Positions 33,484 to 41,224 of a stretch of 42,606 nt of DNA are shown piece by piece. This stretch comes from Nanobdellota archaeon (lineage in GTDB: Archaea; Nanobdellota; Nanobdellia; Pacearchaeales; GW2011-AR1): the NCBI GenBank assembly GCA_038043805.1, contig JBBTBG010000003.1, positions 1 through 42,606 on the forward strand. Direction: 5' to 3'. The notes under the pieces were generated by a model, which saw only the letters and a program-made list of their open reading frames with translations, made no database searches and was not told the DNA's origin. The position numbers and the translations under genes were made by a program. The stretch's first letter is position 1. Each line of letters opens with the position of its first letter.

Positions 33484-33575
33484 CACAACACCTCCCACCA
33501 ATAGGTTATTGAGGGTTTTAAGCTTTGCGACGTAAAGCTCACCATACTGTTTAAGCAAGAAAAAGTATGATAATC

Positions 33576-33583
33576 TTTATATA
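33576..33583 (+). promoter_or_regulatory. TATA box (TTTATATA) for the SBDS gene; leaderless geometry
   Basis: Its centre is ~26 nt upstream of ATG 33605. Confidence 0.45.
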
Positions 33584-33604
33584 ACCTTCTCTACTCTAAG
33601 ACGT

Positions 33605-34282
33605 ATGCCTCAAGTTACAGCTCGCATTAAAATAAAAAATATCCCCTATGAAATTCTTGTAGATCTTGATGAGGCTTTAAAGGTAAAAACTGGAAAAGGA
33701 AATATCAATAGTGCGTTAGTAACTCCGAATATTTTTTCTGATCTAAAGAAGGGATTGCATGCGGCAAAAGCAGACTTAAAAGATGCTTTCGGAACAGAAG
33801 ATGCCTATCAAATTGCACAAAAAATAATTCTTTCTGGCGAGGTACAGAAAACACAGGAATACCGCGATGCAGAAAGAGACGCAAAAGTGAAACAGGTTCT
33901 TCAATTAATCTTGCGAAACTCTGTAGATCAGAACGGAAGACCTTATACTGAAGAACGCCTTAAGCGCGGATTAGAAGAAGCACATGTTCATATTGACAAC
34001 CGTCCTCCAGAGCAGCAACTTACAGCAGCCATAGAAAAACTACAGACGATTCTCCCCATTCGTCTTGAAACCAAACACATTCGTCTCACGATTCCTGCAA
34101 GATTTACAGGGCAAGTTTATGGCTTGTTAAAGGACTTCAAAGAAAAAGAAGAGTGGCTCTCAAATGGAAATCTCGAGTGTGTTATGAATATCCCTGCAGG
34201 AATGCAGTTGGATTTTTATGATAAGCTTAACGCTATTGCTCACGGAGCCATTCAAAGCGAGGAAATAAAAGAAAAGAAGTGA
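33605..34282 (+). CDS. SBDS-family ribosome maturation protein
   Basis: 225 aa. The N-terminal FYSH-domain pattern is ARIKIKNIPYEILVD..EALKVKTGKG.I......NIFSDLKKG..A....L..AFGTED, and the protein has the three-domain length. Confidence 0.85.
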   Translation: MPQVTARIKIKNIPYEILVDLDEALKVKTGKGNINSALVTPNIFSDLKKGLHAAKADLKDAFGTEDAYQIAQKIILSGEVQKTQEYRDAERDAKVKQVLQLILRNSVDQNGRPYTEERLKRGLEEAHVHIDNRPPEQQLTAAIEKLQTILPIRLETKHIRLTIPARFTGQVYGLLKDFKEKEEWLSNGNLECVMNIPAGMQLDFYDKLNAIAHGAIQSEEIKEKK

Positions 34283-34284
34283 CG

Positions 34285-35196
34285 ATGAAGATACATGTTT
34301 TTTTAGGTATCGCTCTTTTGATGATTGTTGCTTTAGGCTCAGCTCTTTTTTTTAACAACTTCTCTTTTGAAAAGAAAGAGTTTTTTACTCAAAATCCAGC
34401 TCATCTGCAAGAGCAAGTCATTGAGAAATCTCTCATCTTATCATTTCCTATCAATAATACTCAGGAATATCTTGATGGAGAAGTTTATATTGATGGAGTC
34501 ATATACGCAAAGACTAGTCAGGGAATGCTCTCATTAAAAAATTTCTCACGCTTTCCCAGTAATGTCTCTCTTAAGATAAACGCATATACAATCAATTATC
34601 GCATTCCAGAGACTTTTAGTGAACTTAAAGAAATTCATTTAATAGTTTCAGAAGAAGAATATGCAAAATATAAAAGATATCTTTCTCTTTCAACACAAGA
34701 TTCTTTTTCGCAAGCACGGGACGAGCATTGGAATCATATGCCTCTTACATATTTCACTAACTTCTCAGAATATAATTCACAAATAAAAAATAGTAAAGAG
34801 TTAAAAGTAAGATACGCTTTGGAGCGTTTGCACAACGCAGTTCCTACAGTTTCTTTTGAGAAAGCAGCAAAAGAAGAGTCAGCAGATATTGTTTTTAAGG
34901 GAGAGATTCCTCCAAAAGTTAGGGAAAGCACGCGCCCAGATGGAAATTTTAATACTGCGGGTCTTGCTTTTCATACACTTATTGGAAATATTATTGTAAA
35001 GGGAACGGTTTATTTGCCTCTCCCTACAGAAGGAGAAGAATGCCCTTCCTCAGATATTGCCCTTCACGAACTTCTTCATACATTTGGATTAGATCACTCA
35101 ACCAATATCAAAAGTGTTCTCTGGGACACTGCTTCATGTACTAATAATGAAATTATTCCAAAGGATATTGCCTTTCTGAAAGGAATTTATGGATGA
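34285..35196 (+). CDS. Membrane-anchored matrixin-like (metzincin) zinc metalloprotease
   Basis: An N-terminal TM is followed later by the zinc motif HELLHTFGLDHS (HExxHxxGxxH), then SVLW and a C-terminal DIAFLKGIYG, as in M10 matrixins. A GTG at 34279 overlaps the SBDS stop; the first ATG is at 34285. Confidence 0.7.
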   Translation: MKIHVFLGIALLMIVALGSALFFNNFSFEKKEFFTQNPAHLQEQVIEKSLILSFPINNTQEYLDGEVYIDGVIYAKTSQGMLSLKNFSRFPSNVSLKINAYTINYRIPETFSELKEIHLIVSEEEYAKYKRYLSLSTQDSFSQARDEHWNHMPLTYFTNFSEYNSQIKNSKELKVRYALERLHNAVPTVSFEKAAKEESADIVFKGEIPPKVRESTRPDGNFNTAGLAFHTLIGNIIVKGTVYLPLPTEGEECPSSDIALHELLHTFGLDHSTNIKSVLWDTASCTNNEIIPKDIAFLKGIYG

Positions 35197-35201
35197 TAGT
35201 A

Positions 35202-35209
35202 TTTAAAAA
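35202..35209 (+). promoter_or_regulatory. TATA box (TTTAAAAA) for the small membrane protein gene at 35231
   Basis: Its centre is ~26 nt upstream of ATG 35231. Confidence 0.4.
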
Positions 35210-35230
35210 CAAGAGGCTCCTCAATAAAGC

Positions 35231-35509
35231 ATGAAAAGGAATTGGTGGTATGCGCTGTTAGGCATAGCTATTTGGACAATCATCTACTTTTCCTTTTCAC
35301 TAACAATACTTGATGGTTCTTCTTTTACATTCGATCTTCCTCAAATTCTTTTTTCCCAACTATTTCTTTTCTTCGTTCCAGGACTTATTGTCGCCTTACT
35401 TTTTTATGAAATCGCAAATATCAAAAAAGAAAAAGAACGTAATCAGGCATTTTGGGCAGTCTTTATTATTCTCATAATATTCTTTATTGCCTGGAGATAT
35501 TTTTACTAA
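35231..35509 (+). CDS. Small three-TM membrane protein
   Basis: 92-aa hydrophobic ORF with a correctly spaced TATA box. The next gene starts 1 nt after its stop. Confidence 0.45.
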   Translation: MKRNWWYALLGIAIWTIIYFSFSLTILDGSSFTFDLPQILFSQLFLFFVPGLIVALLFYEIANIKKEKERNQAFWAVFIILIIFFIAWRYFY

Positions 35510-35510
35510 T

Positions 35511-35780
35511 ATGGTTGTAACTTACAGGACAATCGGACCTAGAGGAATTGAAGAGCGTTTAGGGCATAGGGCAGCAATGTTTTTATTCAGAAGAAATCGA
35601 GATAATAGAAGTTATACTTTAGGAGTAATAGATTTCAATCAAGATGGTGATCCGTGTCTAAGAGCAGACCGTTACGGCGAGAAAATACCCTTAGTTCACG
35701 GAGATGTTATTCGTATCAAAATAAAAGGAAAAGGTCTGAACTCTATCAGAGATTATGTCTATCTCGATGAATCCGACTAA
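35511..35780 (+). CDS. Hypothetical 89-aa soluble protein
   Basis: ATG 35511 lies directly after the upstream stop. The ORF-track start at 35487 is an overlapping extension. Arg-rich, with no recognised motif. Confidence 0.4.
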   Translation: MVVTYRTIGPRGIEERLGHRAAMFLFRRNRDNRSYTLGVIDFNQDGDPCLRADRYGEKIPLVHGDVIRIKIKGKGLNSIRDYVYLDESD

Positions 35781-35849
35781 ATTTTAAAAATAAGGCAGCA
35801 TAAAGTTTTTAAACCCCTAAGAAGTAGCCTTTTTAATAATGAATGAGCA

Positions 35850-35879
35850 GACAATAGACTATTACGATTATCTATTGTC
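35850..35879. promoter_or_regulatory. Perfect 9-bp inverted repeat GACAATAGA-N12-TCTATTGTC over the predicted rrp4 transcription start (candidate operator)
   Basis: Read directly. It lies between a TATA-like TTTAATAA (35832-35839) and the rrp4 ATG at 35892. Confidence 0.4.
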
Positions 35880-35891
35880 GATTACACAATT

Positions 35892-36608
35892 ATGAGAGAA
35901 ACATTACATGACGAACAAGAAAGTCCTATGGACGCTGGCGAGGATTCTATGAAGAAAAGACGCGTCGTGATTCCAGGTGAAGTGATTGTTTCAGGTGAAG
36001 ATTTCTTACCGAGCGAGGGCGCACGAAGACAAGGAAAAGACATTGTTGCAAATCGCTTCGGTCTGGCTGAAGAAGCGGGAAGAGTTATCAAAGTGATTGC
36101 TATCACAGGCGCATTTGTTCCTCGCAGAAACAATGTCGTAATCGGACGCGTGACTAATATTACATTCAACGGATGGGTAGTCGATATCGATTCAGCATCA
36201 AGCGGATTTCTTCCTATCGATGAATCTCCTCGATTTATTAACAAAGGCGATATGGATCAATTTCTTGCCATCGGCGAGGCAGTTGCAGCAAAAATCTGGT
36301 CAGTCAACACACGAGGCATTGATCTTACTCTCAAAGGCAAAGGTCTAGGCAAGCTTGAGGGAGGATTTATCTTCCGCGTGAGCCCAAATCGTGTTCCGCG
36401 CGTTATAGGTAGAGAAGGTAGTATGATTAATCTCATCAAAGAAAAAACTTCCTGTAATATTACTGTCGGTCAGAACGGCTGGATTTGGGTGAGAGGCACA
36501 ACTATGGAAGGTGAAATCAAGGCACGGAAAGCCATTGAATTTGTTACTGAAAAAGTAGCTGTTGAAGGGCTCACAGAAAAAATGGAGGCCTGGTTCCAGG
36601 AGAATTAA
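35892..36608 (+). CDS. rrp4: Exosome RNA-binding subunit Rrp4 (N-terminal domain, S1, KH)
   Basis: VIPGEVI, an S1-like segment (GRVTNITFNGWVVDI) and a KH segment (RVIGREGSMINLIKEKTSCNITVGQNGWIWV). The start may instead be the internal ATG at 35952. Confidence 0.85.
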   Translation: MRETLHDEQESPMDAGEDSMKKRRVVIPGEVIVSGEDFLPSEGARRQGKDIVANRFGLAEEAGRVIKVIAITGAFVPRRNNVVIGRVTNITFNGWVVDIDSASSGFLPIDESPRFINKGDMDQFLAIGEAVAAKIWSVNTRGIDLTLKGKGLGKLEGGFIFRVSPNRVPRVIGREGSMINLIKEKTSCNITVGQNGWIWVRGTTMEGEIKARKAIEFVTEKVAVEGLTEKMEAWFQEN

Positions 36609-37312
36609 TGTCCGAAAAATTCAAACGCATTGATGGTAGGAAGCCGAGTGAATTAAGGCCGATGATTGCAAAAGTAGGAGTCGTTCCTAACGCAGATGGC
36701 TCTGCAATTTTTGCTTTTGGTAATACTGTTGCAATAGCAGCAGTCTATGGTCCGCGTTTACTGCATCCACAACATATGCAAAATCCTGCAACAGGAATTC
36801 TCAGATGCAATTACGATCTTCTAAGTTTTTCTGTTAACGATAGAAAAAAACCTGGGCCTTCAAGACGATCTCAAGAAATTTCAAAGATGACTGAGTGGGC
36901 ACTTTTACCTGTTCTCGATCTCAGAGAATTCCCTAACACTGTGATCGACGTCCAGATTTATATTATTCAGGCAGACGCAGGGACTCGAACGGCAGGCATT
37001 AATGCCGCCTCACTTGCATTAGCGCATGCAGGAATTCCTATGAAAAATCTTATTTGTTCGGTTGCAATAGGAAAGCAAGATAAAGAAATGGTTGTGGATC
37101 TCACCAAAGAGGAGGAAGACTTTGAAGGTGGGGAAGGTCCTACAGATTTCCCTCTTGCAAAAATAGCAAATACAAATGAGTTTACACTTATTCAATTAGA
37201 TGGGAAAATACCTCCAGAAAGAGTAAAAGAGGTCTTGGACCTTGCAAATAAATCATGTGAAGAAATTTATGAAGTTCAGAAAAAAGCTCTTAAGGAGGTC
37301 GTAACAGCATGA
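36608..37312 (+). CDS. rrp41: Exosome catalytic subunit Rrp41 (RNase PH domain)
   Basis: RIDGRKPSELRP, GSAIFAFGNT and QADAGTRTAGINAASLAL motifs. Confidence 0.9.
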   Translation: MSEKFKRIDGRKPSELRPMIAKVGVVPNADGSAIFAFGNTVAIAAVYGPRLLHPQHMQNPATGILRCNYDLLSFSVNDRKKPGPSRRSQEISKMTEWALLPVLDLREFPNTVIDVQIYIIQADAGTRTAGINAASLALAHAGIPMKNLICSVAIGKQDKEMVVDLTKEEEDFEGGEGPTDFPLAKIANTNEFTLIQLDGKIPPERVKEVLDLANKSCEEIYEVQKKALKEVVTA

Positions 37313-38124
37313 GTTCGATGGAAACGTCAAATTTAACGATCGCCACGTTGAGAAAAATGTTATCAGCGGGAAAGCGATTCGATGGCAGAGGGCTACTTGA
37401 ATATCGTCCTCTCGAAGTAAGTTTCCAAGTTTCTAATTGTGCTGAAGGTTCCTCGCGAGTCAAATTAGGAAAAACAGAGGTTTTAGTAGGCATCAAAATG
37501 GCTCTCGATGAACCCTATCCTGATTCTCGCGATAAAGGAAATCTTATGGTTTCGGGAGATTTGCTTCCTCTTGCTTCTCCTCGCTTTGAATCAGGCCCTC
37601 CAAAATTTGAAGCTATTGAGCTTCCAAGATTAGTAGATCGTGCCATTCGTGAATCTCATGTGATCGACCTCAAGAAACTTGTTGTGAAAGAAGGGGAAAA
37701 AGTCTGGACAGTCATTATTGATGTATACCCTATTAATGATGATGGGAATCTAATAGATGCAGCAACGATAGGAGCTATTTCCGCTTTGAAAAATGCAGTG
37801 CTTCCAGGAATTGATAAAGATGGAAGAGTGGATTACAAACATAGAACAAAGAATGCCCTTCCTCTTTCTAAAGAAACAACTCCTCTTTCTATCAGTTTCT
37901 ATAAACTCGGAGATGCAATTCTTCTGGATCCTACACGTGAAGAACAGGAGGCTTGTGATGTCAGAATCACATTAGGAGTTTCCAAGTGGAACGGCCAATA
38001 TATGCTTAATTCTTGCCAAAAAAGCGGAGAGGATCCTTTTACTCAAGACGAATTGCTCAAAATCATGGAAGTTATACCTCAAAAATATGAAGAATTAAAC
38101 GAAAAGCTTAAAAAGTTTCTTTAA
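37309..38124 (+). CDS. rrp42: Exosome subunit Rrp42 (RNase PH-like, non-catalytic)
   Basis: RFDGRGLLEYRPLEV...AEGSSRVKLGKTEVLVGIK pattern, in the position after rrp41. Confidence 0.9.
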   Translation: MSSMETSNLTIATLRKMLSAGKRFDGRGLLEYRPLEVSFQVSNCAEGSSRVKLGKTEVLVGIKMALDEPYPDSRDKGNLMVSGDLLPLASPRFESGPPKFEAIELPRLVDRAIRESHVIDLKKLVVKEGEKVWTVIIDVYPINDDGNLIDAATIGAISALKNAVLPGIDKDGRVDYKHRTKNALPLSKETTPLSISFYKLGDAILLDPTREEQEACDVRITLGVSKWNGQYMLNSCQKSGEDPFTQDELLKIMEVIPQKYEELNEKLKKFL

Positions 38125-38135
38125 GTCATACCAAA

Positions 38136-38519
38136 ATGGAACAACAAATATTTACTAAATACGAACTTGCGAGAATTATCGGCGCTAGAGCCCTGCAAAT
38201 TACCATGGATGCTCCTCTTCTTCTTAAAATATCTGAGGAAAAGCTTAAAGAATTAAAATATGATTCATTGAAAATCGCAGAACTTGAAGTTGCAGAGCAT
38301 GTTCTCCCAATCGCTATTAGTCGTCCTACTCCAAGAAAGCGCAAAGAAAAACTCTCTGCAGTAAAAGAAGAGAAAGTTTCTGACGAGGAAATTGTTGCAA
38401 AAGAGCAGGAAGTAGAAAAAGAGATTGTTCAGGATGCCACAGAACTGGGATTTGTAGATCGTGATGACGACTCTGCAGAACTCGAGTCCTCCTCAGGATC
38501 AACAATTGATGAACAGTAG
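38136..38519 (+). CDS. rpoK: RNA polymerase subunit Rpo6/RpoK with an acidic C-terminal extension
   Basis: TKYELARIIGARALQI...PIAISRP is the Rpo6/omega core, followed by an E/D-rich tail. Confidence 0.85.
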   Translation: MEQQIFTKYELARIIGARALQITMDAPLLLKISEEKLKELKYDSLKIAELEVAEHVLPIAISRPTPRKRKEKLSAVKEEKVSDEEIVAKEQEVEKEIVQDATELGFVDRDDDSAELESSSGSTIDEQ

Positions 38520-38520
38520 A

Positions 38521-38528
38521 TTTATATA
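38521..38528 (+). promoter_or_regulatory. TATA box (TTTATATA) for the 38550 gene; leaderless geometry
   Basis: Its centre is ~26 nt upstream of ATG 38550. Confidence 0.45.
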
Positions 38529-38549
38529 CTTTATTTTCATTGAAGAAAG

Positions 38550-39401
38550 ATGAAAAGAGGCCCTGGTATTTCTTTGCCCATGGCATACACTATTCTCGGA
38601 ATACTTATTCTCTCTCTTATTGCTTTTTTAGTATGGGGTTCATCACCAAGTGGCTTTTCTGTGATGACTGGACAGGCTATTGAAGAAGGGTCCACTCTAG
38701 AGGTAAGAACACTCTTGCAATGTACAGACTCCGATGGTCGTGGAGCAGTTCAAACCGCAGGCACAGTCACACTCACATATTCTGATGGAAGTAAGGAAGG
38801 ATATACAGATGTCTGTGAAGGAACAGCTACTATCGACTATGCGTGCGAAGGTAAGAATATGATAAGGGAAAGTTACTCCCCAGTGGGTTGTTCATGCACG
38901 AATGGAGCATGTATTCAATGTCTCGCAAATGAATGTAATCCTACTAACAGTCAGCAAATTTGTAGTAATAATGTTTGGACTCTCTGTCAAAATAATCAAG
39001 TCTGTGTAGCAGGAAAATGTGAGACGCCACTTACTATCCCTACAAGAGAGCCGACAGGGGGTGGTGGAGGCTCTAGTGGTGGGGGAACAATAACTCCCTC
39101 TCCATCTGTTTCTTCTTCTGAAAAAGTAATTTCACTAGGAACTCTTTCTTCATCTATAACACAAGATCTTGGAAGCGCTGAACGAGTAGTCTTTAAAATT
39201 AATAGTGAATATACTTTAAAGCCAGCTACCGTTTCTACTTCGGGAGTCTCCTTCATATGGAGATACACTAGTGAAAGTCTCGAACGTAATGTTTTTCTTT
39301 CAGTTGGCGATGAGATAACTATAGATTCCTTCTTACTCAAGCTCAAGTCAGTGAGCACACTTAATAATAAAGCAAAAATAATCATCACGCCAGTCTCATG
39401 A
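38550..39401 (+). CDS. Secreted/anchored Cys-rich surface protein with a Gly/Ser hinge
   Basis: An N-terminal TM/signal is followed by CTDSDGRG...YTDVCEG...DYACEG, then CSCTNGACIQCLANECNP...ICSNNVWTLCQNNQVCVAGKCE. Next come a GGGGGSSGGG hinge and a beta-rich C-terminal domain. Confidence 0.55.
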   Translation: MKRGPGISLPMAYTILGILILSLIAFLVWGSSPSGFSVMTGQAIEEGSTLEVRTLLQCTDSDGRGAVQTAGTVTLTYSDGSKEGYTDVCEGTATIDYACEGKNMIRESYSPVGCSCTNGACIQCLANECNPTNSQQICSNNVWTLCQNNQVCVAGKCETPLTIPTREPTGGGGGSSGGGTITPSPSVSSSEKVISLGTLSSSITQDLGSAERVVFKINSEYTLKPATVSTSGVSFIWRYTSESLERNVFLSVGDEITIDSFLLKLKSVSTLNNKAKIIITPVS

Positions 39402-39946
39402 CTAAAGCAATAAGAGTCGCTTATACGATAGGTATTATTCTTATCCTCTATTTTGTTGCTATCTTTGGAGTGAAGGCATTCTATCCAGAGGGAAGCTATT
39501 ATGACTATCAGGAAAAAATTAAGAACAACTGCGGCTCATATCCGACATACGAACAACTCAAATGCTCTTTTGACACCAATGCAACTCTCGAGAGTACTCA
39601 AGAATGCAAGAAACAAGAAAAAGCATTACGCGAAACATATGAGGAAGCAAACAATCAATACCTCAAATGTAGTGAGAGATACAATCCAGGTAATCATTAC
39701 AAGAGAAATATTTTTATTATTGAAAATATAATGGGTATTGTTTTTGTTATCATAGCATTCTTTCTTCTTCGTATATCTTTATTAGCAAATGGAGCGGCCT
39801 TTGCAGGAGTTCTTCTTATTATAGATGGATTTTATGAAGGATGGAGAGTCTCTGAAAAAACACTCCAGTTTAGTATAGGCCTAGTGATTTTAGCAGTTTT
39901 TATTATTACTGCAATTGCTCTGAATAAAAAAACAAGCAAAGAATAA
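39398..39946 (+). CDS. Membrane protein with a 4-Cys extracytoplasmic loop
   Basis: 182 aa. Its ATGA start overlaps the upstream stop. One N-terminal TM is followed by a loop with 4 Cys, then three more TMs. Confidence 0.5.
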   Translation: MTKAIRVAYTIGIILILYFVAIFGVKAFYPEGSYYDYQEKIKNNCGSYPTYEQLKCSFDTNATLESTQECKKQEKALRETYEEANNQYLKCSERYNPGNHYKRNIFIIENIMGIVFVIIAFFLLRISLLANGAAFAGVLLIIDGFYEGWRVSEKTLQFSIGLVILAVFIITAIALNKKTSKE

Positions 39947-39953
39947 TATAATT

Positions 39954-40169
39954 ATGAAGAGCCAGGATATTGAGGAAGAAGATATTGTAAAGATTAAAAT
40001 AGATATACGTTCCGAAGGTCTTCAAAAAGGAGATATAGGAACAGTCGTAATGATTTATGGGAATCCTCCAAAGGATGCAGATGTTGAATTTGCAGATAGT
40101 CTTAATAAAGGGATCAAACTTGTAATGGTTCCATTAAGATATTTAGAAGTTTCTACAAAGAAAGTCTAA
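39954..40169 (+). CDS. DUF4926-like small protein
   Basis: 71 aa. LQKGDIGTVVMIYGNPPKDADVEF...VMVPLRYLEV resembles the DUF4926 pattern (GD.G.VV.VY......EVEF). Confidence 0.5.
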   Translation: MKSQDIEEEDIVKIKIDIRSEGLQKGDIGTVVMIYGNPPKDADVEFADSLNKGIKLVMVPLRYLEVSTKKV

Positions 40170-40212
40170 CTTCTTTAATAACAAGAAAGCTCTACTTTAG
40201 AAAGCACTAACA

Positions 40213-40220
40213 TTTAAAAA
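40213..40220 (+). promoter_or_regulatory. TATA box (TTTAAAAA) upstream of rps2
   Basis: The predicted TSS is near 40243, which coincides with the first in-frame (TTG) codon of the rps2 reading frame. The first ATG is at 40306. Confidence 0.4.
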
Positions 40221-40305
40221 CCCTCTCTCACTCTCCAAAATATTGAGCACGTACCGGCTGAAACAACTCTGGATTAACCCGTGCACTCATTATACTCAAA
40301 TTACC

Positions 40306-41193
40306 ATGGCAAAGAAAACCGAGACTCTTATCGAACAAGCTGAAAAAGTTGTAGAAAAAACTATCAAAGAAACTGCAGAAGTTATAGAAACTACAGCAGA
40401 AAAGATAGGTGAAGTTGCACAGGAAATAGTTAATGAAAATGATAAGCCTAAAAAGAAGAAATCAGAATTAGTTGAAGATAAAAAGGCAAAGCTTGCAAAA
40501 TTGCTCGAAAAGGCAAAGAAACTGGAAGGCACAGTAGAGGAAGTAAAAGACGTCGATCTCAAAAAGAAAGTCAAACTAGAAGAAGACAAAAAAGAAACAC
40601 TCGTCCCAATGGAAGATTATCTTAAATCCTCTATTCATCTTGGCACACGAGTGATAACTCCAGATATGCGCAAATACGTCTACAGAAGAAGAGCAGATGG
40701 TCTTGCCGTATTTAATACTGCTCTCTTAGACGATAAAATACGTGAATGTGCAGAATTTCTGTCGAAATTTGCCCCAGAAGAAATTATTCTTGTCTGTAAG
40801 CGAGAAGCAGGTTGGAAAGCCGCAAAGAAATTTGCAGAAGTTACAGGAATCAGAGCATTTACTAAGAAATATCCTGCTGGAATTCTCACCAATACAAACT
40901 TAGAAAATTTTACAGAAGCCGAGCTCATTGTTATCTGCGATCCCTGGCTTGACAAGAACGCCCTCCAAGATGCAAACAGGATCAAAGTTCCAGTGATGTC
41001 TATTTGCGACACTAACAATCTTACAAACGGCGTCACACAAGTTCTTCCAGGGAATAACAAAAGCAATAAGAGCCTTGGCATGATCCTCTATCTTCTCACC
41101 AAACTTTACATCGAGAAAAGAAAGCTCGAAGTCACCGTTCCACCTATTCAAGAATTTGTAGAAGGTTGGGATGCTTTGACGCCGCCGAAATAA
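40306..41193 (+). CDS. rps2: Ribosomal protein uS2 with a ~100-aa K/E-rich N-terminal extension
   Basis: The core begins near MEDYLKSSIHLGTRV (ATG 40609). The frame is open and in frame from 40243, with the first ATG at 40306. The conserved C-terminal part is VPVMSICDTNN. Confidence 0.85.
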   Translation: MAKKTETLIEQAEKVVEKTIKETAEVIETTAEKIGEVAQEIVNENDKPKKKKSELVEDKKAKLAKLLEKAKKLEGTVEEVKDVDLKKKVKLEEDKKETLVPMEDYLKSSIHLGTRVITPDMRKYVYRRRADGLAVFNTALLDDKIRECAEFLSKFAPEEIILVCKREAGWKAAKKFAEVTGIRAFTKKYPAGILTNTNLENFTEAELIVICDPWLDKNALQDANRIKVPVMSICDTNNLTNGVTQVLPGNNKSNKSLGMILYLLTKLYIEKRKLEVTVPPIQEFVEGWDALTPPK

Positions 41194-41195
41194 CA

Positions 41196-41203
41196 TTTAA
41201 ATA
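41196..41203 (+). promoter_or_regulatory. TATA box (TTTAAATA) for the 41225 gene; leaderless geometry
   Basis: Its centre is ~26 nt upstream of ATG 41225. Confidence 0.45.
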
Positions 41204-41224
41204 CTTCTATCTACTAAAAAAGGA

